The notes under the pieces are model-generated. The model was not told the DNA's origin. It worked only from the letters and a program-made list of their open reading frames with translations, and did not search any database. DNA of 63,831 nt, the filler included, from Neoconidiobolus thromboides FSU 785 (Eukaryota > Fungi > Entomophthoromycota), in assembly GCA_025603075.1 (NCBI GenBank). It is 6 parts of 6 records of this genome, joined end to end, with 100 filler letters (N's around TTAATTAATTAA, not from the genome) between each part and the next. Parts side by side here need not be neighbours in the genome. Positions count along the whole stretch, not along the records: positions 38,905 to 58,562 come from MU626555.1; positions 58,663 to 62,028 come from MU626820.1; positions 62,129 to 63,831 come from MU626930.1; 3 more parts are not named here. The stretch is one strand, 5' to 3'. This document shows, in pieces, positions 52,290-63,831 of the stretch (position 1 is the stretch's first letter; the number at the start of each line of letters is the position of its first letter). The position numbers and the translations under genes were made by a program.

Positions 52290-53818
52290 ATGAAAAAAAA
52301 CAAATTAATTCATAAACCTTTACCTTTAATCCCATCCATTATTGGTAGTTTTCGAGTAACAAAACGAATATTAAATCCAACTGAACAACAAAATAAATCC
52401 GAGGCTAATAAATATCTAAGTAAAGCCATTGATTTTAGTGATGATTCGAATTATGCAGCTATTTCTTTTGAAGATAATTCCATTAATTTAATTGATTGTA
52501 CAAATGGAACGTAAGTTTAAGTTATAATAATGATATAATAATAATAGATAATAATAACTTTCAATTATTGACATTGATTTTACTTTTATTATAGCTTAAA
52601 AACTAGTCTTTATAGTAAAAAATATGGTGTAGGTGTGATAAAATTCAGTCATTCAATAGATAAATTAATCTATGCTTCCGATCCTTCTGTGAAATCCGAT
52701 GAAATAATTATTCGCTATCTTTCTCTTCCAGATAATCGATACATCCGTTATTTTCGTGGGCATACGGATTTAGTGTCTTCCCTTCAAGTTTCTCCTCATG
52801 AAGATACCTTTTTTAGTGCTTCAATGGATAAAACAGTTCGATTTTGGGATATCAGAAATGATGGCGAAGTGGTAATAATCTTGATTATTTTTCAAAGTTT
52901 ATTGTAAGATAATTGAGAATTAATGAATATTTTTATTTTTGATTAGTTAAAATTTGGTATCAAAGGAAATACACATCTTGGTTTAGATCCCACCGGTAGA
53001 GTATTAGCTGTTGCAGATCAAGGTAGAGGGGGTATTACATTGTTTGATATTCGAAAGATTCAACAGGTAACATTTGAATTAATATTAACATTTAAAAAAA
53101 GATCAATAGGAATAATTCAAATTAATCTATTTTTTTAGGGAGGATTTCAATATTTTAATATTGAAACACCAACTAGTTGTAAATGGACAAGTTTAAAATT
53201 TACAAATGATGGAGAAAATTTATTATTAACAACAAATGGTGCTTATCATCATGTATTTAATGCTTTTGATGGAAGGAAATCTATGATGCCTTTATTTCGA
53301 TCCAAAGTTATACCAAATTCATTAAATAATGAATATTCACTATTAAATAATGGAGCAGATGTTTCTATTTCTCCAGATGGTAGATTTGTATTTTCAGGTA
53401 AAAATAATTTATTGTATATATTTAATATTAATAATCAATTAATAACTAATAACTAATAATTATTTTATTACACATTATTATTGTAGGATGTTATGATGGT
53501 ACATTAGATATATGGGACTTAAAATATGAGAAATACGATTCCTATAATCTTCAATATAAATTTTATCCGGCTATAAAGTCTTTAATATCTCATAAAAATA
53601 CGCCAATAACAACAGTTGGTTTTAATCCAGGTTATATGAGTTTATTAACAGGTTCATATGATTTAGCTTGTTGGCAACCTAATTTATTTAATTTATTTAA
53701 TTTGAATGATAAATTTCATTTCAATGCTAAATTAGAAGATTATAAAAATAATCAAGAAGAGAGTATTATTAATGAAAATAATATTGATAATAATAATATT
53801 AATAATAACAATAAATAA
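52290..53818 (+). CDS. SWD2: WD40 protein Swd2/WDR82 (COMPASS/CPF subunit); multi-exon
   Basis: SKKYGVGVIKFSH, IRYLSLPDNRYIRYFRGHTDLV, DTFFSASMDKTVRFWDIR, WTSLKFTNDG and ISPDGRFVFSG. Confidence 0.9.
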
Positions 53819-53851
53819 TTTAATTTATTTAATTTAATTTAATTTGAATTT

Positions 53852-56800
53852 TTATTTCCTCCAATATTGTGCCCATTTATGAATTGTTTCAATAACTTGA
53901 GGAAATAAAGCAGATACAGATTCATTAACTAAAGTTTGAAAATGTTGAATTGCTTCTTCATCACTCATTTCTAAACAAAACTTTTCCTGCACCTATTCAT
54001 AATAAAAACATATATTAGTGAAACTATATTCATACTCTTATTAAAAGAAACTCACTTTCATTACTGCTTTATCTGGTTCAATAGCAATATCTGGAATATC
54101 CGCATCTAACATTAAAGATAGTAAATTTAATATTAAATTAGCTGATTTTCTTAATGAATTAAAAGCCACAAAACAATAGGATAAAAATTTAGCATATTGA
54201 GGAGAATTAGCACCACCCATAGCTTCCACCATTTCTTTACATAATTTCATTGGGGGTGGGAATGGCTTGGGATCTCGTCCCAAAAAGTAACCAAAATCAA
54301 TGTGGAAAAGTTTACCTAATTTAATAAACAAATATTAATAAACAGATATTAATTATTAAATATTTTATTATTATAATAATATTATTTTTACCATCTTGAG
54401 TTAATAATAGATTGTCTAAATGTCGATCACCTACTCCTAGTAAATAAGTAATAACACAATAACCAGCTATAATAATAATGATGTTAATATTAATTATTTA
54501 TATTTATATTTATATATGGGGATGTATTTTTTTGTTTGAGAATTTTACTAATAGTCCTTCCACTCAAATAGCACTTAAAAAATAGAAAAAGTGATGAAAT
54601 CAAAAAAACATCCCCATATTATATTATTGTTATTAAATATTTACCACAAGATTTTAAATAATTATCTAGAACATAAGGTTGAATATTTAATGGTGCATTT
54701 TGATCAAAATGATTTTGTTTCAAATAAGATAATAATGAGTTATCATATAAATTTAAAATAGTTGCTAATGACATAGAAGGTATAAATTGAATTAATCCTT
54801 CATCATTTCCAGTTGCTAATACTTTATATGGACTTAATTTCAAATCTAAATTTTCAGCTCTTAATAAATTATCCATTAACATTATAATTTGTATAACTAA
54901 TTGATCTTGTCGTAGATCATCCCCATATTTAAACATTACCTAATTAAGTAATTAGTTAATTATTATCATTAATTTACATCTTTATAAGTATAAAATTATA
55001 ATTAAATTACCGGATATTCTAAATTTTCAGTTGTTTTAAACATTAATTTTAATGGTGATAAATTAGATTTAAATACAGTACATTTGTCTAAAATAAATAA
55101 TAATTATTAATGTTATTGTTAGTATCAGCATTAGTGTTATGAATTTAAAATTACCTGGAATAACCCCAATAACATGAATTGAAGCATCTAATGGAAAAGG
55201 AATTGGATCAAAGGTATTTAAAAAAAATTTAGGATCAGATAATGTATGCTTAAACTTTTCAATCTAAATAATAATGATAATAAAGTTATTAATTTGTTAA
55301 TTCTTTTATATTTCATAATATTTTTGAGCTTACTTTTTTAGTTCGAATATCTTTTGATAATCGAATTTGTTTTGATAATACTAAAATAATATCAATTAAT
55401 TTAGTTTGTTGATGAATTATATCGATTATTGAATCCAATTCAAAATTTTTTAATCTTAGCTCAAATTCTTCTAATAATTTTTGATATATCAACCCATGTT
55501 TTTTATCATTACATTCTACTTTTATATACCTAAAATAATATAAATATAAATATAACTTATTATATATTATATTATTATCATATATATTATTGTTTTTATA
55601 CTCACCAAATAAACCTATTTCCTAAAATGAAATTTTGAGTTCCTCTTAACAATAAAAATTCCCCCAAAGAGGACATGGATTGTTCTGTAGTAGTTTCTTC
55701 AAATTTAAGTGCTTGAACTAATTGTAATAAATAAAGTAATAACTCCTAAAATAAATAAGAAATCCTATTTAGTTATCTATTCTTTGAATTAATTAATTAT
55801 TATAATGAAATTACTTACATCATCCGCTGCTTTTTCTAACAATTTAACTGCATACCCTCTTACCCTTGGATCTACAAAATTAGGTCCTAATAGTTCCAAT
55901 GCATCTTCAATTTCAATATCTGACCATTCTTCTAATATAGTTACTGCTTGAGAAGATTCTACTGTATCACTCCACATAACACATTTTAAAAATTTAGTTA
56001 AAGCCTATAATAAATTAATAAATCGATATATTAATCGAATAAATTATAATATGATTAATTAAATTTACTTTTTTGTCTCTTTTTAAATAAAATCGAAATT
56101 TCCATAACAAATCTTTTTCTTCACTAGTTAATAATTGTGTTGGTGGATATTTTATAATTTTCTATTAAGTATTAAATATTAATATGCTACTATTAGATTC
56201 TATATTATCATAATATTATATATTAATATTACATTCAATTGATCTCTATTTCTTGAGTTTGGTTTTAATTCTTTATCAACTAATACAGATCGATGTGATC
56301 TAACTAATCGTCGATGTTTTTCTTCAACTGGATTATCATTATACATTTCCATATCTGCAATTACAATCAAATTAGATCCGCCTCGATGAATTGGTCCTAC
56401 TGGTAATTGAGATTCCTTAAAATAATATTAATTTATTATGATATTATTATATTAAATATTACCATTTCATGAAAGATTAATGGGAAATCAAATTTGGGCA
56501 ATTCAATGTACAAAAATAATTTATTACTTAGTAAGGTCTCTTTCTATTTGAAATTAAAATCAAACAAATAAATTACTATTATAAATTACTTCTTTTATCT
56601 TTTCAATCTCTAAAAATGTCATTTTATCTAACCACTCTAATTTTTCTAAATCTCCAGCTTCTTGTTTTTTTACTAACTATAATAATAATAAATCAAGCTA
56701 ATTAATATTATAATATAATAAAATTAATATAGTACTTACTTTATCTAACCTATCGATTTCATCATATTCTTTAAAACAAGTATTATAAAAATCCTCTTCA

Positions 56801-57569
56801 TTAGTTATTGGCTTGATTGTTAATTTTTGTTTTCCAGTTCTCAATTTACTAATAATAAAATGATCAATATAAATCACAGTTCTAATTTTAAATCTTAAAT
56901 TTTAAATTCATTTAATAGAATTTACCAATTACTAGTAAATAAACTTAGACAACAACCACCAATAATAGTGGTTTGCATAGGTTTTAATATATCCGAAACT
57001 TCAATGTATAACATACTATCATAAGGTAAATTATTGATACTTATCGGTAAAGTTAAAGTTTCATTCCAACTAAAAAGAATTCAATTTATTAATCATTTAC
57101 ATTGTTTTGATTTTAACTAATAATTCTATTAAGTTACTTACCACCAACTTTTAGTAAATTGTTGATATCTCGTTTGTACTTTTTCTCCCATAGGTAAGCC
57201 ATTTGAAAATAATTGTAATTCAACAAGTAGATCAGATTTGAAATAGCTAAATTTTTTGAAAAGAGAATCAATTCCAATTAACATTATTGTTTATAAGTAG
57301 TTAAATTCTTTTACGCTAAATTAAGACCTGAAAACCTTTTATCAGGAAATTCACTAAGGTCACTATAACTATCTGGTTTTCGATAACCTTCTAAACTCAA
57401 ACTGGAAATAATAAAATATTAGTAATATGAAATATTGTATTTGATACAAGAATATATGTGAATGGTATTTTTATTATCTAAATTAATATTACATTTTTAT
57501 TCTTAATGGAAAATTTAAATCATTTGAAAAACAATACGAGAAATCTTTAAATTGATTGTTGTTGGTCAT
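53852..57569 (-). CDS. VPS34: Class III phosphatidylinositol 3-kinase Vps34 (many short introns)
   Basis: N-terminal C2 domain (WNETLTLP), PIK helical [63 protein letters not shown], and FATC-like C-terminus [10 protein letters not shown]. Confidence 0.97.
54518..54615 (+). mobile_element. MITE family A copy inside a VPS34 intron
   Basis: Perfect GGGGATGT...ACATCCCC termini and ATAT flanks; host intron spans 54467-54644. Confidence 0.92.
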
Positions 57570-58383
57570 AATGGGGGTTTTAGAATGAATTTTAATAATT
57601 ATAAAAGTATTTAAACAATCAAGTTGATTTTTAGTTTTGAAATTGAAATAAAAGGAACTACTATTGGTTGGAGATAAGTAGTCACTTTTTTAGCTAAAAT
57701 TCTTAAATGTTTATTAATATGATTTGTAAATAAATAGAAGTTATAAATCATAAAATTAATTTTACTTGTTTTATTGTTTTGTATTTTATTTCAAAATATT
57801 TCAATCTCTAGAATGAAAACAAGGCCCATCAATAAACTTTTAGATGATTAATGAGTTGAAGTTATTTTAAGGTGGCATGATAGACGATCGAATTGAAGAT
57901 AATGATATAATTGGAGCTCAAATTTTGTACTAAACTCTATCCAGTCAGAAAAACCATTGAGCTAGTTAGCTTGATAACCGTTGTTAAAATAATGGATTAT
58001 TATCGACATTTAGTAAGTGAAGCGTTACATAGCTAGAATTTATATATAGCAATTTCAATATATAGTAAAATAATTAAGCAAACTATTCAGAATGATGCTT
58101 AATTGCAATAAACTCAGAGCTCATAGAAACTTCGAGGATTTTAAGGAAATCAGTAGATGAACTTGAGTATATAAAACCAATCTTTAAAGACGTCAAAGGA
58201 ACCTCGGTTTTTAAATGACTTAAAACAAGTATAAAGGAAGTTTGAAAGCAATGAAATCTTTAGAAGAAATCATAGCATTATAAATCGAAGGAGAAATCAG
58301 TATAAAGTTAAAAAATAATCGATTAGGATGATACGAGATCGAGAGTGAAAATGAATATAATGAAGGACAAAAAAGAAGCATAT

Positions 58384-58562
58384 GGAGCTGTCCTAATTGG
58401 TTTCAGAATCTACTTAGAAATTAATCCAAATTTTAATATTTCAAGTTTGTGTCCAATATAACGGTTAAATCTAAAAAGCCTAAAATTAAATGTCTCTATT
58501 TAAAACTTATTTTAATTGTTTCCTTTTCTTAAATAGCTAATTTTCCTAATTATATAAATACA
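58384..58562 (+). mobile_element. Left end of family B element, running into a gap
   Basis: atat|ggagctgtcctaattggtttcag...; matches 38755. Confidence 0.7.
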
Positions 58563-58662
58563 NNNNNNNNNNNNNNNNNNNNNNNNNNNNNNNNNNNNNN
58601 NNNNNNTTAATTAATTAANNNNNNNNNNNNNNNNNNNNNNNNNNNNNNNNNNNNNNNNNNNN

Positions 58663-58756
58663 TTTTTTGCCTTCATCATTTTTTCTATCTTTTAAGTACC
58701 ATTCATTTGAGTGAGAAAATTGTTAATAAAATTCTTAAACATAAAAATACATCCCC
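58663..58756 (-). mobile_element. MITE family A copy, truncated by gap; exact reverse complement of 61935..62028
   Basis: Base-by-base comparison shows 94 of 94 identical. Confidence 0.88.
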
Positions 58757-60609
58757 AATTAATTTAAGGATTATAGCTTATATAATTTGAGGTGAACTTA
58801 AATGCTGGTTGAATTTGTATTATTATATGTTATTATTTTATTTTCATATAAAAATAGCTCAGAGTGAGGTAAAATTATTCAATAAGACATAAAAAAAATT
58901 AATAGCTTATTATCAAAAAAGATTTCCTAAAGTCTCATATTAGGATTATTTATAGAAGAAGTTATAATATAAAAAATGAATGTTTTAAAATTATAATAAT
59001 TAATTTAAATATTAATAAAACCTTTCTAATATAATAAAAATATTTAAGCTTATTTTATCATTATTTAAAAGTATAAAAAAATAAAACTTATCAAATAAAA
59101 TTTTATACTATTTCTAGTCTAAAATTTAATGTTCAGTAAGGGTAAAAAAGAATAAATTATTAACTTATTATGTAGTTTTATTTTTTAATTTTACTTGATT
59201 TTACTTTTTTTATTCAAATAAACCTAATAATAAGGCTATTTTTAAAGTTATTGATTATACTTTTTACATAATAAAATTTACATTAGCTGCTACTTAAGCT
59301 TTATTCACAAACAAAGAAAATGGAGAAAAACTTAATTTTAATCAGAAATCAAGACAGGAATAATTAAGACATTTAATACGACTACTAAATTAATTATAGT
59401 AATATTGTTTGATATAATTAATTTTAAACTAGTATTGCTATTTTTAATATATTGAATATGAGCTATTTTGTTTGATATTTGCGAAATATCGCTTTGTCAG
59501 CTCCATAAGTGATTACAACATAATAATCACTTAAGTTGTTGTGTTCTTGAGTTCCGAGACAATCGATCCTATGCTCTTATTTTGATTTCCTATGAGAATT
59601 CCCAACTTCATCCCAAAGAATATTATCCTCTCGTTTTGATATCCATACTTGTCAGAGTATAGAAGAGATTTTAGAACATAGTAACTCGAGGCTTTCTAAC
59701 TGAATTATTTCTTGATATCTCGTATCTTTAGTAAAGTCACTAAATTTTTCTGATAGTATTTTATGTAGATTTTACAGTAGTATTGTCTGTTCTAACCATA
59801 TTACATGGCTCGTAGTATGTTATATACTATTCTTCATAATTCAAATCTACTTTAGTCACACAAACTAAGACCTTTCAACTTACAGCTAATCAACTAAGCA
59901 AGGACTGCTTTTGACTTCAACCACTGAGTATCAGATTTCACATATTGTAAAATTATGGTTATTTTTATTTTTGTTTTATTTTGTTTTATTTTGTTTAAAA
60001 TGCTATCCTTAGAATTGATTTTTGATCTATTATTCATGAGTTAATAAACGTAGTACACAAACCTTATTATAAATTTTCAATAAGTTAATACTTGGTTCTA
60101 GTTACTCATAACATTCAATAACAATAATTTATTGTATTTATTGGTTAATGTTATGATAAGAACTGAACTTAGGAACTTTTGATTTTTTAAAAATTATTTA
60201 CTTAAAAATATTAGAATAAAATAAACTCTAGGAAATAGTAAATAATGAGTGTTGATAGAAATAAAATTGGGGATATATTTTAATTATAATAAATCATAAT
60301 CTATTTTTTAAAGAACTTAAAATCAATAAAAAATAAAAATCAAACAAATCAAAATTAAGGATAAATTCTAACATTACTAATTATAGTAAAAAAATAAATT
60401 AAATTTTTTATTACATTTCCAATTTAGAGTAACAAAAAATAGTGAATATTATTAATAGAAAAAATAAACATATAAAACCCACAAAATAGCGAAAGAAGCA
60501 TTTAATTTTTTAATCTTTTAGATTTTGACAATCTTCTATATTTTAATCACTTTAAACAAGTTTTAATCGAGTGAAGCACCGAAGTAATAAATAATAATCA
60601 ACAATAGCA

Positions 60610-61431
60610 ATGAGCGATAGTAATAATATTAACCTTGAAGCCGTTGGCGCGAATTGGGAAAAGGCATTTGAAAAATTTGCACAAACATTAGATTATATAC
60701 TTACAACTTATTCCAAGGTATTAGTAGGAGTAGGAGTATTTTTAGTATTAGTTGGATTAATGTTTTTAATATTTAATCGAAAAGTGATTAAAGTATTATA
60801 TTTCTTTGGTGGTTTAGTAGTTATTAGCGGTATTTCAACTATGATTGGTACAGCTATTATTTGGTTTACTAAGATTTCGCCTATATTAAATGATCCTAAA
60901 TTATTTGAAATGGAAGATCCGTTTGCTGGCATAGGAACTAAGTTTATTATATGTTTATCTACTTCACTTGGTATTGGTCTGCTGGTCGGTATTATTTCTG
61001 CTATTTATGGTAAAGTGGGTATTGTTTTAGTGGGTTTAGCTTGTGGTATGATGATTGGATTATCTATTGGTGTTGCTATTGGGAATCCTATTGCAATTAT
61101 ATGTTTAACAATAGGCCTTGGTATTATTGTTGCTATTTTATGCGGTTTCTTTAAACGTTTGTTTGAAGTACTAACATCGGCTATTACTGGTGGTTTCTTA
61201 TTTTCTAATGGCTATCGACTTATCTTTACAGGTGCTGTTTATTTAAGTCCACATGGTATTGAAGGTGAAGATAAATATAGTAAAATTATTTCCATATCTA
61301 CCTTAGCTGTATACATTGTAGTTACCGTTGTTTTCGGTATCTATCACTTATTCACTTATGAAAGAAAACCAGAGGTTATGTCACAGCATGATATCCTTTT
61401 GAAAAAGACTCCTGCGTATAACCCCATTTAA
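60610..61431 (+). CDS. Multi-pass membrane protein, DUF4203/TM7S3-like
   Basis: About 7-8 Gly-rich hydrophobic helices; 'TSAITGGFLFSNG' resembles the DUF4203 'TSxxGaxxxxxGxD' segment; no introns. Confidence 0.6.
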   Translation: MSDSNNINLEAVGANWEKAFEKFAQTLDYILTTYSKVLVGVGVFLVLVGLMFLIFNRKVIKVLYFFGGLVVISGISTMIGTAIIWFTKISPILNDPKLFEMEDPFAGIGTKFIICLSTSLGIGLLVGIISAIYGKVGIVLVGLACGMMIGLSIGVAIGNPIAIICLTIGLGIIVAILCGFFKRLFEVLTSAITGGFLFSNGYRLIFTGAVYLSPHGIEGEDKYSKIISISTLAVYIVVTVVFGIYHLFTYERKPEVMSQHDILLKKTPAYNPI

Positions 61432-61733
61432 TAATTATATTTTGATAATATAATATAATCCATAAATTAAACTATTTTTTATTTTTCATAAATATTTATT
61501 TTCAATTTGGTAATGTAACAAATTAATTGATTTAATTTATTACACAAGTTCTTTTGGTTTTTTGGGATTTATTTAGAAGTTTCATGATTTGAAATTAATT
61601 TGTTCTGTTGCTAATAGTGAGTGTCACTTTGATTTTTAATTTTCATAATTAATTACAATACATTAATCCTGTTTAATAATTCAAGTTGATAATAATTTGT
61701 ATCAAAGCAATATTATCCATAATTACAATTTAT

Positions 61734-61826
61734 GGGGTGTTTTTTTATTTATTACTTTTTTCATTTTTTAGGCACTATTTGAGCGGAAAATTTGTTAGTA
61801 AAATTTTTAGACAAAAATACATCCTT
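61734..61826 (-). mobile_element. MITE family A copy
   Basis: Reverse copy ending ACATCCTT|ATAT. Confidence 0.78.
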
Positions 61827-61934
61827 ATATTTCGTATTATTAACAATAGAAAAGCGTTAAAAATCAAAGAATCTTTATGAATTTCAGTATTTTACATCGT
61901 ATTAAAAATAATATTGGATATCAGTTTTATACCT

Positions 61935-62028
61935 GGGGATGTATTTTTATGTTTAAGAATTTTATTAACAATTTTCTCACTCAAATGAATGGTACTTAAA
62001 AGATAGAAAAAATGATGAAGGCAAAAAA
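61935..62028 (+). mobile_element. MITE family A copy, truncated by gap
   Basis: GGGGATGT start; identical inverse of 58663..58756. Confidence 0.88.
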
Positions 62029-63430
62029 NNNNNNNNNNNNNNNNNNNNNNNNNNNNNNNNNNNNNNNNNNNNTTAATTAATTAANNNNNNNNNNNNNNNN
62101 NNNNNNNNNNNNNNNNNNNNNNNNNNNNGGGTAATTTACCAGGTTATCCTTTATTCCCTGAATTTTATCAAGGTGATCGTAGGGAGCTCTTTGACAAACG
62201 TCCTATTATTACTATTAAACCTTAAATATACTAATAAAAATTAAATTCTATATACTAAATGTAGCTTCATTTAATTGTATTTACATTAAATAATGTTATA
62301 GCATTTTATTTTTCTTAAAACTTTGGAAGTATTTTTATTTAGAACATCTAAGCACTTTTGTTAGGAAATCAAAAGAGAAATAAGTATGTGGTTGATTTTA
62401 TGTAAAAAAGAGACGTGAAAGTAATGGTGGTCTACGTTAATATTGAAATAGAAGAGTATCTCACTTTAAAAACAAGTTATGTTTTTAAAACTACTAATGA
62501 TTTAATTTGATTTAATCTCATCTAAATTCGATTTTTTGAAATATATAGAAAATAAACTGTTAAATAAGGTAGAATGCTAATCATTAAATTATTCATTTAA
62601 AGATAACTTAAATGCAATATGACATACCAAAGAGACGCTTTTAAGCGGCTAGTTTTATTATTATATTGTGATTGAAATTTTTGTAGTCATATTATAGTAA
62701 CCATTGGTACTTTAGGACTAAAGTATACTTTACTATTATGAGAATTGAATTCACTATTAAAATATTATGAATCTTACCCCTATATTAACTTTTGTTTTTA
62801 ATAAAAATACTGAAAGTTATTAATATACCCAATGTTTACAATTAGAACTTGTTATTAAAATAGCAATTTTAAGTATACAACTTACAAAATTATAAAATTT
62901 AAAAGAATGCAATTAAGCTATAAAATATTCATAGAAATGCAATTAAGCTATATGAAAATATATGTACAGAGCAAATGATAAGTAAACGCACTATAAAAAG
63001 TGAAACTTTAATTTAATAGGGCTCATAAGACCAAAGGAAGGTGTTTATTTCAATATTAGGAAATAGTTGAAATGAGGATTTATTTAGCTAAAATCACTCA
63101 TTTCTACATGATATATTTGTTGTAGAAATTTGTTAAGATCTAATTTAAAAATAATGATAGATTAAGTCATGAAGAATTCTCTAGGTATGTTTCTGGATTA
63201 AAAGAAGTATATGATGGTGTATAACAAATGATACTAAACCTTATATCTATCTATTTATAAAGTTTGAGGTAATAGTTATATACTTATATGACAAAATCTA
63301 AAAATAATTATACATATATCAATATTTTTCACTACATTTCTTTCAATTTTCTTTTTGCCCTTGCCAAATGATGAGAGTATATAAATTCTAGGTTTTCCCA
63401 CATTTCATTAAAATTAAACATAATAAAAAA

Positions 63431-63831
63431 ATGAAACTCAGCACCATTTTATACTCCTTATTCACATTATGTGTAACATCACATATGGAAATCCAAACCC
63501 CAGCACCACGTCGTTCTCAGTATAGTAAATATTATCAATCCAAGGGTGACGTTGACTGGGACTTAAATGCACCTCATGGTACTTCCAATCATTTCGACTA
63601 TCCGTTCCCATGCAAAGGAGCTAAACAAGGGCCTGTACAAGCCACTTATGCAGCTGGCCAAACTATCAATGTGAAATTCGCCGACGTTGATGGCGCTAAT
63701 AAACATGATGGTGGCCATTGCCAATTCGGTATTTCTTATGATAATGCTAAAACTATTGTTGCTTTGAGTACGGTTATACGTGAATGCTTTAGACAAGGTA
63801 TCACTTTCCCAGTAACTATTCCAGCGGATGC
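63431..63831 (+). CDS. Secreted lytic polysaccharide monooxygenase, AA11-like (chitin-active family); 3' end outside the window; not in ORF track
   Basis: MKLSTILYSLFTLCVTS|HMEIQTPAPR puts His at mature position 1; also YPFPCKG and HDGGHCQFGISYD, matching the AA11 HxGGxCQ(F/I)SxxYD motif with the second His-brace histidine. Confidence 0.85.
   Translation, partial: MKLSTILYSLFTLCVTSHMEIQTPAPRRSQYSKYYQSKGDVDWDLNAPHGTSNHFDYPFPCKGAKQGPVQATYAAGQTINVKFADVDGANKHDGGHCQFGISYDNAKTIVALSTVIRECFRQGITFPVTIPAD

Noticed and set aside
57900-59960. Protein-like interrupted stretches at 57900-58380 (+) and 59500-59950 (-); also 35040-35330 (-)
   Set aside because: Probably decayed genes, but no recognisable motif allows an assignment.
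1187-62028. Recurrent ~98-bp repeats as CRISPR array or RNA genes
   Set aside because: They are dispersed, in both orientations, with TIRs and TSDs, in a eukaryote. There is no spacer periodicity or tRNA cloverleaf, and no rRNA or tRNA was recognised in the window.
63563-63796. 77-aa minus-strand ORF
   Set aside because: Antisense to the LPMO gene

Overview
This is an AT-rich eukaryotic scaffold with many short GT-AG introns. The gene content points to an early-diverging fungus, and the style is Conidiobolus/Entomophthoromycotina-like (inference). Five 100-nt assembly gaps each carry a TTAATTAATTAA spacer. Two conserved-gene blocks flank an accessory region. The left block holds a dynactin p150 3' end, myosin II, DUG3 and GYP7. 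The right block holds SOG2-like, SWD2 and VPS34 genes. The accessory region (about 17-49 kb, plus 58-63 kb) contains: Kelch-repeat type I membrane paralogs; an intronless bacterial-like MFS transporter; a bacterial-PH-like gene; a CHY zinc-finger gene; an LRR gene; an array of about six decayed coiled-coil paralogs; a DUF4203-like gene; and a partial AA11-type LPMO gene at the right edge. Two findings stand out. First, a duplicated head-to-head cassette (24-27.2 kb) pairs a secreted Thr-rich protein with an unannotated 54-aa secreted peptide; all four products share a Cys...CPT module and a Tyr-rich C-terminus. Second, a ~98-bp MITE occurs 16 times, with GGGG..CCCC ends, 4-bp AT-rich target duplications and CpG-decay signatures, and a longer element shares its termini. 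All calls come from reading the sequence by eye; no searches were run.
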